64,000 bases of DNA from a virus (lineage: Duplodnaviria > Caudoviricetes). Below the pieces are notes generated by a model. It was not told where the DNA came from. It made no database searches and saw nothing but the letters and a program-made list of their open reading frames with translations. The DNA is taken from the IMG/VR virus record IMGVR_UViG_3300033121_001564, positions 34,476 through 98,475 of that record. The stretch is one strand, 5' to 3'. A program made the translations under genes and the position numbers. Below are positions 47,416 through 57,103 of the stretch, in pieces (positions within the stretch are counted from its first letter, which is position 1; the number at the start of each line of letters is the position of its first letter).

Positions 47416-48047
47416 CGCGTCGCCTCGCAGCAGGGCGCCCCGGACATCGCGACCGCCACGGCTGCGGCGGCACGCTCGGACGCCGCCAGTTCGCGGAGTT
47501 TCCGGACGAGGTAGGAGTCCGTCGTCGCCTCGATCGCTTCGACGTGTTCCTCGATCGCGTCCGCCAGTGCGGCCCGGTTCGCGGGATCCTGCGGTTCCTC
47601 GCGAGCCGCGTTGGCGATCGCCTGGATCTGCTTCGGCAGTTCCTTGATCTCCTTCACGAGGAGCGGGAACCGCAGCGCCGGGTAGATCGCCACGGCCGGG
47701 TTGTCCGGCAGCAGGTCCGAGACGTGCCGCCCGCTGATCCTGGTGCGGTCGCCCACAACCCGAATGTGAATCGTCTTGCTCGGAGTGATCCAGCAGGCAA
47801 TCCCGAGCCGGCTGGACTCGGCGACGTAACCGTAGCTGTTCGCCACGCCGCCCCCGTCCTCCTCCCACACGCCGCCCTTGCGGACGATGTTCTTGACCGT
47901 TTCCTCGTCCCAACCGGTCGCGAGCCGGGCCTTCGCGCGCCCGTTGGCGAAGGCGATCGCCTCGGACTGCGCCAGGAGGATAAATTTTGCTGCCAGGGAC
48001 CTGGCGTTGCGACCGCTGAAAGCCGCCGTCTTGCTGTACTGGCTCAT
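47412..48047 (-). CDS. Hypothetical protein with C-terminal TIGR02996-like motif
   Basis: AREEPQDPANRAALADAIEEH; AAGGAG RBS. Confidence 0.65.
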   Translation of the reverse strand: MSQYSKTAAFSGRNARSLAAKFILLAQSEAIAFANGRAKARLATGWDEETVKNIVRKGGVWEEDGGGVANSYGYVAESSRLGIACWITPSKTIHIRVVGDRTRISGRHVSDLLPDNPAVAIYPALRFPLLVKEIKELPKQIQAIANAAREEPQDPANRAALADAIEEHVEAIEATTDSYLVRKLRELAASERAAAAVAVAMSGAPCCEATR

Positions 48048-48099
48048 CTCACATCTCCTTCGCTGCGGGAGCCGGGCGAGGGCTCCCTGGGGTGGTGGT

Positions 48100-48558
48100 T
48101 CAATTGATCTCGATGGTCTCGTCACAGCCGTGACTGCGGCCGTCGCCGTCCAGCGACAGCCGAACGGCAACAATCTGTCCGTCGCCGTCGTACTTTCGCT
48201 CGACCGTCACCAGGTCCAGATCGACCTCGTGGTGAATCGCGTAGGCGACGACCGCCTCGCGGATCTGCACTTCCGCGGTCGGTCCCTCGACCGGGTTGAC
48301 CACGATTGGGTTCGGGGCGAACTCGCAGCCGCAGTCCCAGTCGGGGAGCGTCTGGAACCACGCCACGACGTCCCGCACGACCGCCCGGGGATACTCGAAC
48401 ATGTCGTCGAGATCGGCGTCCCGAAGCTCTCGGGCCAGCTTCCGCGCCTCTTCACCCAGCGGGGAGGCGACGATTGCCTCTTCCGTCAGGGCGTCCCAGA
48501 AGAACTCCGCCGGGCATTCGGCGTCGATCGTCACGATGGTGTCGTTGGTTGCGTTCAT
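48100..48558 (-). CDS. Acidic hypothetical protein, first gene of the operon
   Basis: GAGGAG RBS; Asp/Glu-rich. Confidence 0.7.
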   Translation of the reverse strand: MNATNDTIVTIDAECPAEFFWDALTEEAIVASPLGEEARKLARELRDADLDDMFEYPRAVVRDVVAWFQTLPDWDCGCEFAPNPIVVNPVEGPTAEVQIREAVVAYAIHHEVDLDLVTVERKYDGDGQIVAVRLSLDGDGRSHGCDETIEIN

Positions 48559-48577
48559 CGTCTCGTTCTCCTCATCC

Positions 48578-48631
48578 TGACTCGTTTGCGAATCAACACC
48601 CTCATCCTACCATGACTCGCAAACGGGTCAA
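48578..48631 (-). promoter_or_regulatory. Sigma70 promoter with two 18-bp operators
   Basis: TTGACC-16-TAGGAT with extended TG; TGACTCGTTTGCGAATCA (48578) and TGACTCGCAAACGGGTCA (48613) are inverted near-copies. Confidence 0.8.
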
Positions 48632-48670
48632 GCCCAGCAGCAAGGATTTTCCAGATTTTTTTCGCCAACG

Positions 48671-48706
48671 AAAAAGGGCGGGTCGGGAAACGCTCCCGCC
48701 CGCCCC
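48671..48706 (-). terminator. Rho-independent terminator after parB-like gene
   Basis: GGGCGGG..CCCGCCC stem with T tract on the - strand. Confidence 0.6.
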
Positions 48707-48733
48707 TCACCCCGCCCACCCGTGGGGTGTTCT

Positions 48734-49483
48734 CTACGCTGCCGTGATCGGCTCCGGCTCGCACGGCTCCTCCTGTAACCGCTGGCGTGCCCGCAGTTCC
48801 CGGCGCTGCTTCGCCTCGTGGAACCGGCGGACCTCGTCCTCCATCTCGAGGAGTAACTCGCGGTAGGCGTCCTCGAGGGCGAGTCCCAGACTGGCGGCGA
48901 ACCGTGCCCACTTTCGCGACGCCCGGCGCAATCGTTCGCGGGTCCGCTCGACATCCTCCCGGGCATAGTCGGGCGCGGGCGGGCGAGCGGTGTCATCCTC
49001 GCCGAACAGTCCCGGGGGAGGTGTCCAGGGCGTGCTGACCCGCAGGGCCCGGACCAGTCGGAGACTCACCCGGCAGTGCTGGGCGATGTGCTCGTCGGTC
49101 CAGGTCGCGCCTTCGTCGTCGGCGAGAACGAGGTGAACCGCGCGATACTGATCGGCCGGCGTCCGTCGCAGCCCGTGCTCGCCGTTGGTGCTTGCCGCGA
49201 ACAGTCGAGCCTCGCGCAGGGAGCCTCTGCGCACGGTGCAATCGACGTGCGTCCGTCCCGCCAGGCGAGCCGCCGCGAGACGGTGGAAGCCACTGGCGAG
49301 CCAGTAAATGCCCTCGACGTCCTGGTAGACGACCAGTGGAGGCAGCGTGCCTCCGTCGCGCAGCACCTCCGCGTATTCCTCGACGACGCCCGGGTGCATC
49401 TCGACGCGAGGTTGCGTACCTCCGTCGGTGCGGATCCGCTCGATCTCGAGCAGCACCCGGCGATCCGTATGGGTCGTGGTCAT
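48734..49483 (-). CDS. ParB N-terminal-like domain protein
   Basis: IRTDGGTQPR, LPPLVVY, LASGFHRLAA, NGEHGLRR. Confidence 0.85.
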   Translation of the reverse strand: MTTTHTDRRVLLEIERIRTDGGTQPRVEMHPGVVEEYAEVLRDGGTLPPLVVYQDVEGIYWLASGFHRLAAARLAGRTHVDCTVRRGSLREARLFAASTNGEHGLRRTPADQYRAVHLVLADDEGATWTDEHIAQHCRVSLRLVRALRVSTPWTPPPGLFGEDDTARPPAPDYAREDVERTRERLRRASRKWARFAASLGLALEDAYRELLLEMEDEVRRFHEAKQRRELRARQRLQEEPCEPEPITAA

Positions 49484-49791
49484 ACCGGTCTCCGATCGAT
49501 CTTGCGGTCACGCTTGTGGAACAGTGCTCGCCCTTGCTCCGCTCTGCGGGTCATGATCTCGACCTTCGCCTCACTGCCCGGCGGCGCGTCGGTCGGGCCA
49601 TCGGGTGGAAGCGAGGGATCGTAGCCGTGGACGTGTCCGGGCAGCTTCATCCGCAGCCACTCGGCGAGACTGTCGATGTCCAGGTCGAAGGATTCGGGAT
49701 CCTTTTCGAGTGCCAGTTCCATCGCCTCGATTTCCGCGTCCTGTCGGGACGTCGGCTGTGCCTCGCGCAGGATACGGCTCTGTTTCCCCAT
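49480..49791 (-). CDS. Hypothetical protein
   Basis: PTDAPPGSEAKVEIM..R...G..LFH motif; coupled to parB-like gene. Confidence 0.7.
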   Translation of the reverse strand: MGKQSRILREAQPTSRQDAEIEAMELALEKDPESFDLDIDSLAEWLRMKLPGHVHGYDPSLPPDGPTDAPPGSEAKVEIMTRRAEQGRALFHKRDRKIDRRPV

Positions 49792-49927
49792 GAGTACATG
49801 GTGTATCTCGTGCGGGATGTGGGCAAGAGAGATGTCAGACTACGATAGGTGATAAATGGCGGAAGAGGCGGGAAAAGAGTCAGAAGTGTCAGAGACTTGC
49901 CAGGTTATCGGTGGTGCCAACACAATG

Positions 49928-50043
49928 CAGAAGTAATGCAAAATGCAAAGTGCAAAATGCAAAGTGCAAAATGGAAGACAGGGCGAGTCTGTTTCTTCAT
50001 TTTGCATTCTACATTTTGCATTTTGCATTTTGCATTACTGAGT
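49928..50043. repeat. Heptamer hairpin element B
   Basis: CAGAAGTAA-(TGCAAAA/G)n-spacer-(TTTTGCA)n-TTACTGAGT. Confidence 0.92.
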
Positions 50044-50069
50044 CTTCCTGCCGCCGTAAGGCGACCGGT

Positions 50070-50351
50070 TCAGGCGGCGGGCGTATTCGCCGTGATGGCG
50101 TCCGACAGCATCTGGGCACTGGCCTTCAACCGATCGGAAAGCGCCTGGATCTCCGCCGGGTCGTTCTTCAACGCCGCGATCTGGGCCGCGAGCCCCTGGA
50201 TCAGCGTGACGGCCGACTGCTGGAGCGAGGTCGTCTTCTCGACCTCGACCTTCAACTCTTCGAGTTTCGCGTTCATGAGTTCCACCTTTCTAGACAGTGA
50301 AGACAACAGGTCCTCGATCCGGTTCAGTTGATCCGACAGTGAGTCGCGCAT
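50070..50351 (-). CDS. Coiled-coil hypothetical protein
   Basis: Heptad-rich; GAGGTG RBS. Confidence 0.75.
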   Translation of the reverse strand: MRDSLSDQLNRIEDLLSSLSRKVELMNAKLEELKVEVEKTTSLQQSAVTLIQGLAAQIAALKNDPAEIQALSDRLKASAQMLSDAITANTPAA

Positions 50352-50352
50352 G

Positions 50353-50589
50353 TCACCTCTCCATGAATGCGACGTCCATGTCCAGAGTATCCACGAGCGG
50401 GTCGTCGTCGCCAACCACCTCTGCATCCAGGAGTCTTTGGTGAACGGCCGCACGAACGATGCTCGCCTCGTGCTGCACGGACTGGGACGCCACCATCAGG
50501 TTGAGGATGACCGTGTGGACCAGACTGTTGAAGTTCGTCTCGCCGATGAGTGTCTTGAACCGCTCCAGGTCTGCCAGTTGCTGTTCCAT
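50353..50589 (-). CDS. Hypothetical protein
   Basis: GGAGG RBS. Confidence 0.6.
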   Translation of the reverse strand: MEQQLADLERFKTLIGETNFNSLVHTVILNLMVASQSVQHEASIVRAAVHQRLLDAEVVGDDDPLVDTLDMDVAFMER

Positions 50590-50614
50590 CGATCGTCCTC
50601 CGTGTCCTTCCAGT

Positions 50615-51385
50615 TCAGGCCGCCACCAACCGCAGATCCTCGCGCAATCCCGCCAGGTCGAAACCGGACGGGCACTTGCCCGTATCCGTGATCCAGTCCT
50701 GCTCGTCGAGGCAGGCGTACGCCTCATCGACGTAGGCGTCGATCCACTGCCAGGATGCCTGCTGGAGCCGGCCCCAGGTGACGAGGTAGACCCAGCGCGG
50801 ATCGTAGTCTACCGCGTACATCGCGTGTCCGCCCCAGCTTCCCGGCGCAGTGTCCGGACGGCGACGGTCGGGTCTGCCTGTCCAGGGCTGGTCCCGGTCG
50901 ATCTGCCGATCGGACAGGGTTGGCAGCATGGCGCCTATCTGGACCCCGCCGAACATGTGGATCGCCGTTCGCAACAGGTCGCGTTTCTTCAGGTCGATGG
51001 CGACGAACGCCTCGATCTGGTGTCCGCCAATGCCGGTCGTCCTCCAGTATTTCACGACGTCCAGATAGACGGCGCCCCGGTCGGTCTCCGGGTGATCCGG
51101 GTCGTACCCGGAGACAGCGGAGTATGCCTTCTCGATGGCATCGTCGGGGATGCGGGCATCGCTCTTTCGTGCCGACGTGATCCACGTCTCCGAGGCGTGA
51201 GCGCCCGCCGCGACCGTGCAGCACCCCAACCGGTCGTTGGCGTGCATCGGCCAGCTGTCCTTGCGAGCGTTCCGCAGGGACGTCGAGGCGGGAGGGCGCG
51301 GCAGCTTCCCGGTCGCGAGGTAGGTCGCGAGTCGGAGCGTGCGCGGGTCGTGTTTGGGTGGCGCCTTGCCAAGGAGTCGTGCCAT
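50615..51385 (-). CDS. Putative papain-fold cysteine peptidase-like protein
   Basis: NDRLGCCT (Cys), GGHAM (His), VTWG. Confidence 0.65.
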   Translation of the reverse strand: MARLLGKAPPKHDPRTLRLATYLATGKLPRPPASTSLRNARKDSWPMHANDRLGCCTVAAGAHASETWITSARKSDARIPDDAIEKAYSAVSGYDPDHPETDRGAVYLDVVKYWRTTGIGGHQIEAFVAIDLKKRDLLRTAIHMFGGVQIGAMLPTLSDRQIDRDQPWTGRPDRRRPDTAPGSWGGHAMYAVDYDPRWVYLVTWGRLQQASWQWIDAYVDEAYACLDEQDWITDTGKCPSGFDLAGLREDLRLVAA

Positions 51386-51388
51386 CGC

Positions 51389-52255
51389 TCACCTCACTTC
51401 TTGTGCTCGTTCGGTTGACTCTTGTAAGCCGTCGAACAGGGTGACGGGCTCAGCCTCCAGCCGCCTGGCTGCGATCTCGCAATACTTCTCCATCTTCTCT
51501 ATGCCGACCCAACTACACCCTCGCCGGAGTGCGGTTATTCCTGTCGTCCCACTGCCTGCAAAGGGGTCGAGGATACGACCGGACGGAGGGCAGATGTAGC
51601 GTGTCCACCAGAGGGCTACGTTAATCGGTGTGGCTGCAGGGTGCCCCAGTTCGCCGCCTTGCGTCCCTCCGCCTCGTCCGCCGATCGGGACGCAATTGTG
51701 TGGGTGAGATCCGCCATTTCGATCCCTGGCCTCGTACATTCTCTTTCTGCTATGCACGCCCCTGGCATGCGAAAACGCTGGCGCGTCTTGTGTGGGGGTT
51801 TCGGTCATGCGAACCACACCTAGAGGGTATCGATAGCAACTTACACCCCCAATCCAGACGCAAGGCTTTATGGCTGGTGTCAATTGCCCACCAACCGGCT
51901 GCGGAAGTGCAGATGTGTTCCACCAGTAGGCGTCCTGTACGATCCCGAATTCCTTCCCGACCCACGCCATGAACTCCCACAGCCAGGTCCGCATCCTGCC
52001 AACCCGTTCACTGTTCGGCTGGAGAACATAGACCGCACTTCCCTTCTCCGTGTGGATCCGCCTGCACTCCGGAACCACCACCCGCATCATCGCGAACCAG
52101 TCCGCCTCGCTCATCCGCCCATACTCGCGGGAGATTTCGGGATATGGCGGGTCGGTAATCACGCAATCCACGGATGAGTCCTGCAACGTCGGCAGCACCT
52201 CCAGGCAGTCGCCGTGGTAGAGTGTGATCCCGTTGCGCTGGTAGTAGGGATTCAT
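51389..52255 (-). CDS. DNA N4-cytosine/N6-adenine methyltransferase (beta class)
   Basis: GDCLEVL, TDPPY, HPA, LDPFAGSGTT. Confidence 0.93.
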   Translation of the reverse strand: MNPYYQRNGITLYHGDCLEVLPTLQDSSVDCVITDPPYPEISREYGRMSEADWFAMMRVVVPECRRIHTEKGSAVYVLQPNSERVGRMRTWLWEFMAWVGKEFGIVQDAYWWNTSALPQPVGGQLTPAIKPCVWIGGVSCYRYPLGVVRMTETPTQDAPAFSHARGVHSRKRMYEARDRNGGSHPHNCVPIGGRGGGTQGGELGHPAATPINVALWWTRYICPPSGRILDPFAGSGTTGITALRRGCSWVGIEKMEKYCEIAARRLEAEPVTLFDGLQESTERAQEVR

Positions 52256-52704
52256 TTAGGACTCAGCCTCTCCCGTTTCACTTCTTTCCAACTGCCGTCC
52301 GCCTGGCGCTCCTCGTAGATGACGTCGTACTCCTGAGACTTCGGCACTCCGTTAGGTGCGGGTTCAGTCGTCGCCGGCTTTTCCTTCGGTTCCCTGACGA
52401 CCACCGGAGTCACTGTCGGTGTCGGCGGGACAGTCCAACACTTCGTGAGCCCAACGACACTCCCGGCTCCCGTCGCGGTCAACAGCGCCCCGAGTACCGC
52501 GCCGCGAACCCAGCCTGTGCCGACGTTGATCGTCGTCTTCGGGTTGTTGCTGTCGCTCACCGCTCCCGGATAGGGAATGTCCTGCTGATCCTCGATGCCC
52601 ATCTGCTTGCGCTGCACGGCCCGGTGGATGCGCTTCTGTTCGGCAAAGTGGTGCGCGTAGATGTCGAACATCCAGGCGCGAGCGCGTTCGAGTGCGTTGG
52701 CCAC
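52252..52704 (-). CDS. Membrane-associated hypothetical protein
   Basis: One hydrophobic segment; Pro/Thr linker. Confidence 0.65.
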   Translation of the reverse strand: MANALERARAWMFDIYAHHFAEQKRIHRAVQRKQMGIEDQQDIPYPGAVSDSNNPKTTINVGTGWVRGAVLGALLTATGAGSVVGLTKCWTVPPTPTVTPVVVREPKEKPATTEPAPNGVPKSQEYDVIYEERQADGSWKEVKRERLSPK

Positions 52705-52717
52705 GTCTGCACCGCCT

Positions 52718-52921
52718 TCACCCAGGCGCCGGCGGCACCGGGCTCGCCAGCGCCTTCATGGCCTCCAGTTTCCAGGCCCGCTGCCTCTCCTCCTGCTGGA
52801 ACAGGAGGTTTGCCAGTTCGGTCTGGGTCTTGTTCGTGGACTCGATCGAGGCGAGTATCTTCGTGATGATATCCGCCTCGATCGAGGTCATCGGCTCGGG
52901 GGGATTCGGCGTGTCGGCCAT
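52718..52921 (-). CDS. Small hypothetical protein
   Basis: 67 aa, helical. Confidence 0.6.
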   Translation of the reverse strand: MADTPNPPEPMTSIEADIITKILASIESTNKTQTELANLLFQQEERQRAWKLEAMKALASPVPPAPG

Positions 52922-52936
52922 CGCCCGCCCCCGGGG

Positions 52937-53185
52937 TTACTTGGCCGCCTGCGCCGCCGGCAGTGGCGCCGCCTGCGGTTCGACGGGCGTGTGGAACGCA
53001 CTCTTGGCCTGCACCAGCTGCGCGTTGAACAGTTGGCCAGCGAGGAAGCCGGACATCAGTCGGCCGTCCTCCTCCTCGTGCTTGCTGATCGCCATGCCGT
53101 GCTGCATGGTAAAGTCGGCCTGGACCTGGATCGACCGCGCGGCCGCGATCTCCAGCTGGCTCAGAACTGTGTCGGGAATCGCCAT
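52937..53185 (-). CDS. Small hypothetical protein
   Basis: GAGGTG RBS; starts MAIPDTVL. Confidence 0.65.
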   Translation of the reverse strand: MAIPDTVLSQLEIAAARSIQVQADFTMQHGMAISKHEEEDGRLMSGFLAGQLFNAQLVQAKSAFHTPVEPQAAPLPAAQAAK

Positions 53186-53193
53186 CTCGCACC

Positions 53194-54546
53194 TCATTTG
53201 TCGGTTGCGGGCACCACGCGGATGCGCTGCGCCCGGTTCGCCTCCAGTAACTTTTCGAGTGCGAGGATCTTCGCCTCGAGAGCGCTGATCCTTGCCTCGT
53301 CTGCACTCGCGCCCGGCGGCCCCTGGGGTCCGATTGGACCAGCAGGGCCGGTCGCTCCACGCGGCCCGATGGGTCCCGCAGGTCCGGGCTTGCCCTCGCC
53401 AGGAGGTCCAGCAGGCCCAGCGGGTCCCTGGGGCCCAGCAGGTCCGGCTGGACCCGTCTCGCCGTTGGCTCCCGCGGGCCCGACGGGACCACGTTCGCCA
53501 CGGTCGCCCTTCGGCCCGGCAGGCATGGCGCGGATGAGCGTTTCCAGCGACTGCACCTGAGCCTGCAGCCGGGCAAGAGACTCGTCCGTCGCGTTCGGCG
53601 GGGTCGGTTGCGGCTGCGGCGCGGGCGGCGGCGCAGCCGTGGGTGGCGTCGGCTGTGGTGCCGGTTGCTGTCGCCTCAGTCCCAGCTTCGGCCAGCAGGT
53701 CTGGTAGAAGCCGTAGGTCGTTCGTGCCGGCACGGCGTTGCACCACTGCCTCGGGTCCCTGGCGTCGTGATTCACCGCAATGCCGACCAGTTGCCCCTTC
53801 GCGTCGAATACTCCGCCCCCGGAGTCCCCGGAGCGGATCAGCGCCGAACTGCACTGGAATTGCCGGACCCACTGGACGGTGCCGTCGCGGACGTCCAGCG
53901 GCGCCGTGCCGTCGCGGAGCCCGGGATAGCCGACCTTCCAGACCCGGGCGCCCACGGGCGGGTCGGCACTCGCGACCCCCACGGACGGGGGATCCTGTCC
54001 CGCGTAGCTGACATAGACCCCCGAGACGTCGGCGTTCGGGTGATGCTCCACCCCACCGACGGTGACGCGCTCCCCGGTCGGGATGCCAATCATCACGGTG
54101 CGCGAGTAGCCCGCTGCCTCGAAGATGTGCCGGGCGGTGAGGATGAGCCCCTTGCCCTGCTTCGCGTAGACGATGACAGCCGATCCTCCTGCCAGCCGGC
54201 GGGGGTTGTCCCCGACAGTGATCCGCACGACGGCGTCGGTGACGTTTCCAGAACGCGCCCGGGGCGAGGACTCCTCGGGGAACCGGGGCATCACCGGGGC
54301 GGGCTGACCGAAGGACGGAGGTGGCAGACCGCCACCCTCGGGAGGACAGAACCCTCCCGGACACGGGCCCCATTGTGCCCGCGTCGACGGCGGCAGGCAC
54401 AGCGCCAGCAGAACGAGCAGGAGCCCCAGCGGCGGGTTGCGCCGATCCCGGAGCCAGCCGATCAGGGCGCAGAGTGCGACCAGCCCGCCGTACCCCAGAC
54501 AGAGCAGGCCTACCCCCAGCGAGCAGTAATCCCCCGCGGTCATCAT
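53194..54546 (-). CDS. Exported trypsin-like serine protease with collagen-like repeat
   Basis: Two hydrophobic N-terminal segments; LTARH, GDSGGG; more than 20 Gly-X-Y triplets between coiled coils. Confidence 0.88.
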   Translation of the reverse strand: MMTAGDYCSLGVGLLCLGYGGLVALCALIGWLRDRRNPPLGLLLVLLALCLPPSTRAQWGPCPGGFCPPEGGGLPPPSFGQPAPVMPRFPEESSPRARSGNVTDAVVRITVGDNPRRLAGGSAVIVYAKQGKGLILTARHIFEAAGYSRTVMIGIPTGERVTVGGVEHHPNADVSGVYVSYAGQDPPSVGVASADPPVGARVWKVGYPGLRDGTAPLDVRDGTVQWVRQFQCSSALIRSGDSGGGVFDAKGQLVGIAVNHDARDPRQWCNAVPARTTYGFYQTCWPKLGLRRQQPAPQPTPPTAAPPPAPQPQPTPPNATDESLARLQAQVQSLETLIRAMPAGPKGDRGERGPVGPAGANGETGPAGPAGPQGPAGPAGPPGEGKPGPAGPIGPRGATGPAGPIGPQGPPGASADEARISALEAKILALEKLLEANRAQRIRVVPATDK

Positions 54547-54551
54547 CGCGC

Positions 54552-54734
54552 TCACTTCAGGAGTGTTTGGACCTTTTCGGACTTCTGAATGTGCTCGAGC
54601 AGGTCGTCGATACCCGCGTTCAGCGCACCCTCGATCAGATGGATGCCGACGAGGAGTAGCGGACGGCCGGTGTAGCGTTTTTCCAGCCAGGAGACGACCT
54701 GGCGGACGAGTTCTTGCAGGAGCGCCTTGGACAT
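54552..54734 (-). CDS. Small hypothetical protein
   Basis: GGGAGG RBS. Confidence 0.6.
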   Translation of the reverse strand: MSKALLQELVRQVVSWLEKRYTGRPLLLVGIHLIEGALNAGIDDLLEHIQKSEKVQTLLK

Positions 54735-54805
54735 GGTGTTTGCCTCCCGGTTCGTGGGGACGGGCCGAGAGTAACCTGGGGCGACGTTCGCGGACAAATC
54801 GACGC

Positions 54806-55114
54806 TCAGGGCGTCTTGGCCTTGCGACGGTCGAACTGGTCGATGCGATCGGCGAGCTTTTCGATCTGCTGCGAGAGGGTCGAGATCGCCTGTCCCTGGC
54901 GGTTGGAGGACTCCGAGAGCCGTTCGAGCGCGGTCCGGAAGATGGTCCGGTCTTCCTTGGCCAGTGCCAGGGATTCCCGACGATCCTGGTAGAACATGGC
55001 ACAGATGAGCAGAACGGCACCGACGTTCAAAACGGCAGCCCACAGTCGAGGCAACCCGAAGACGTAGTTGCCCGAGGAGTCTCCGGTTGTGTTGGCGGTC
55101 GTGTCGATGGACAT
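54806..55114 (-). CDS. Single-TM coiled-coil protein (holin/antiholin-like topology)
   Basis: [19 protein letters not shown] followed by a charged coil. Confidence 0.6.
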   Translation of the reverse strand: MSIDTTANTTGDSSGNYVFGLPRLWAAVLNVGAVLLICAMFYQDRRESLALAKEDRTIFRTALERLSESSNRQGQAISTLSQQIEKLADRIDQFDRRKAKTP

Positions 55115-55176
55115 GGCATCCCCCGGCGCGTGTGATTTGCACGCCAGTCTACCCGCTCGGGGGTTGCGGCGTGAAA

Positions 55177-56376
55177 TCACCTGCCCCCGTCCACGATCCA
55201 GCAGTTTTCCCACCGCCGCCATCTTCCGCCGAGTAACTCATCCACGGCTTTCCGCACCCCGGGCAGATCGATGTCGTGCCCCGAGAGCGTACCCCCGTGG
55301 TGCCCCGACGACGGGCCGCGGACCTTCGGGCGCCAGGCCAGGATGTCCGCCCGCACCGCCTCGTAGGAGTGATCGGCGTCGATGTGGACCCAGTCCACGC
55401 TCCCGTCCGCGAATCGCGTCGCGGCCTCGAGGGAGGTCATCCGCATCGGCGTGACGTAGTTGATGACGCCGCACCGGCTCATATTCTGTTGCCACCAGTT
55501 GAACAGGTCCCCGTTGTGCCGGGCAAGTTCCGCTGCCATCTCCGGGGTGTTGGGCGTACCCTTCCAGGTGTCCACGGCGAAGAATGAAAGCCCCGTCGCC
55601 AGTCTCCACTTGATGCGATCGGCGATGTACGCTGTGCTCCGCCCCAGGTAGCTTCCCACCTCGACGAGGACGCCGCTCCGGAACTGCCGGTGATCGACCT
55701 GCTCGTCGGCGATCCTCTGCCAGTCGAACCAGCCGGGAATGTCCTGCCAGGTGTGAGCGTTGGCACTTCCCACGCCGAATTCATCGAGGAGCGGCGGTTG
55801 ATCCACGAGGGGCGGGATGAAGGCGTAGTGGTTGACGCGAGGGAGGACCACCTGGGCGAGGTAGATATCGAACTTCGTCGTGCAGGGTCCGCGAAACAAC
55901 TCGAGGAGCTTCAGCATCGCCTTTTTTCGGTAGAGCATGGCGTGCGTGCAGAGCGGGTAGCGCACGCGGGCGATGCGGTCGTTGACCCTCTCCGTCGGCT
56001 TGTCGTCGGCGCAGCAGTTCCCGACATGGACGACGTCCCAGTCGTTGGGCAGGGAACGGTAGGACCGCTCGAACTCTGCCCAGAAGTTGGGGCAGGGCAG
56101 GGTGTCATTCTCGAGGACCAGTACCGCCTCGTCGTCGCGCTCCCGGATGATGTGGAACAGCAGGATCATCGACAGGAAGATCCCGACGTGTCCCGACGTC
56201 TTGTAGAACGTCGGGGAGTCGAAGACGGCGTGCATGGGCTTCAGGGCGAGCGTCGGCCCGTGGACGCCGGCGAATTCCTCCGCCGTGATGCCGGCGGCGG
56301 CGAACCGCTGGCGCATGAGGGGCAGACGGAAGGGGATCTCGGGCGGGGCGAGGACGTAGGTCTTGATGTGGCTCAT
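55177..56376 (-). CDS. GT25-like glycosyltransferase fused to class I SAM methyltransferase
   Basis: GHVGIFLS, VLVLEND, CTHAM; VEVGSYLGRS, AVDTW, HIDADHSYEAV, GHD. Confidence 0.85.
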   Translation of the reverse strand: MSHIKTYVLAPPEIPFRLPLMRQRFAAAGITAEEFAGVHGPTLALKPMHAVFDSPTFYKTSGHVGIFLSMILLFHIIRERDDEAVLVLENDTLPCPNFWAEFERSYRSLPNDWDVVHVGNCCADDKPTERVNDRIARVRYPLCTHAMLYRKKAMLKLLELFRGPCTTKFDIYLAQVVLPRVNHYAFIPPLVDQPPLLDEFGVGSANAHTWQDIPGWFDWQRIADEQVDHRQFRSGVLVEVGSYLGRSTAYIADRIKWRLATGLSFFAVDTWKGTPNTPEMAAELARHNGDLFNWWQQNMSRCGVINYVTPMRMTSLEAATRFADGSVDWVHIDADHSYEAVRADILAWRPKVRGPSSGHHGGTLSGHDIDLPGVRKAVDELLGGRWRRWENCWIVDGGR

Positions 56377-56663
56377 TCGTCGTCTCGATCTCGAACGTCT
56401 TCCAGGTTCAATAGCTCGAATCCCTCAGCCAGTCGCTGCCCGAACGATCGCGCCTTTGGAGCCTCATCGTCAGGGTCCCGTCGCATCGACGCATCACGAG
56501 CCGTGGCGGATCGCTTCAGGTAGGATTCGTCACACTTGTGACAAATCGCTTCTTCGGGCCACTGCTTGGTGATGTCGTAAAGTATCTTCTGGTAGTCCTT
56601 GCAGACGAAGATTCCACACTCCGGGCAGTTATCAGTCTTTGCCTTGTTACGTCGGAATGACAT
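56373..56663 (-). CDS. Zn-finger hypothetical protein
   Basis: CPEC...CHKC. Confidence 0.55.
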   Translation of the reverse strand: MSFRRNKAKTDNCPECGIFVCKDYQKILYDITKQWPEEAICHKCDESYLKRSATARDASMRRDPDDEAPKARSFGQRLAEGFELLNLEDVRDRDDE

Positions 56664-56665
56664 GG

Positions 56666-57103
56666 TCAGCCACCCTCCCGGACCGCCCGGCGATTCTCTC
56701 GGATGCACCCCTTGATCTCATCAAGGTTGGCGAGGACGTAACCCCACGCGGCACCCAGGTCCCGCCTGGTCAGTTGTGGGTAGGCACCCAGAATCTCCGA
56801 GTCCTGGAGCCCTGACGCTCGCATCTCCCAGAGCGCCCAGACCGGAATTCGGGTGTCGCGAACGCAGGCGTTGCCGCCACAGACTCCGGGCGTCTTGTTG
56901 ATGGGTGTCGAGGACTCGGGGGCCAGTCTGGCAGCAAGCGAAGCCAGGATACCCGCCTCCACTTCCTCGTCATCAGTGAGGGGTGTCCCGATTATTTCGC
57001 GGTCGTTGCACGGTCCAGCTGGGAATAACACCTCGTTAGGGACGAACCGCAAAGGGCCATGCCTCGATCCGATGTAGTAGCCAAACCGCACCTCGTCGCT
57101 CAT
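56666..57103 (-). CDS. DUF433 domain protein
   Basis: TPGVCGGNACVRDTRIPVW...EILGAYPQLT..DL.AA..Y. Confidence 0.9.
   Translation of the reverse strand: MSDEVRFGYYIGSRHGPLRFVPNEVLFPAGPCNDREIIGTPLTDDEEVEAGILASLAARLAPESSTPINKTPGVCGGNACVRDTRIPVWALWEMRASGLQDSEILGAYPQLTRRDLGAAWGYVLANLDEIKGCIRENRRAVREGG

Noticed and set aside
48734-49483. Plasmid-prophage partition system
   Set aside because: No ParA or parS array is seen, and ParB-N domains are common alone in phages.
49840-50331. ORFs with MQNAKC/FCILHF or SSFILHP repeats (also near 45255 and 60799)
   Set aside because: These are translations of the heptamer repeats, not genes.
51389-52255. Restriction-modification system
   Set aside because: No adjacent endonuclease; an orphan phage methyltransferase is more likely.
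56373-57103. DUF433 toxin-antitoxin pair
   Set aside because: No neighbouring PIN/DUF5615-like toxin is recognisable.
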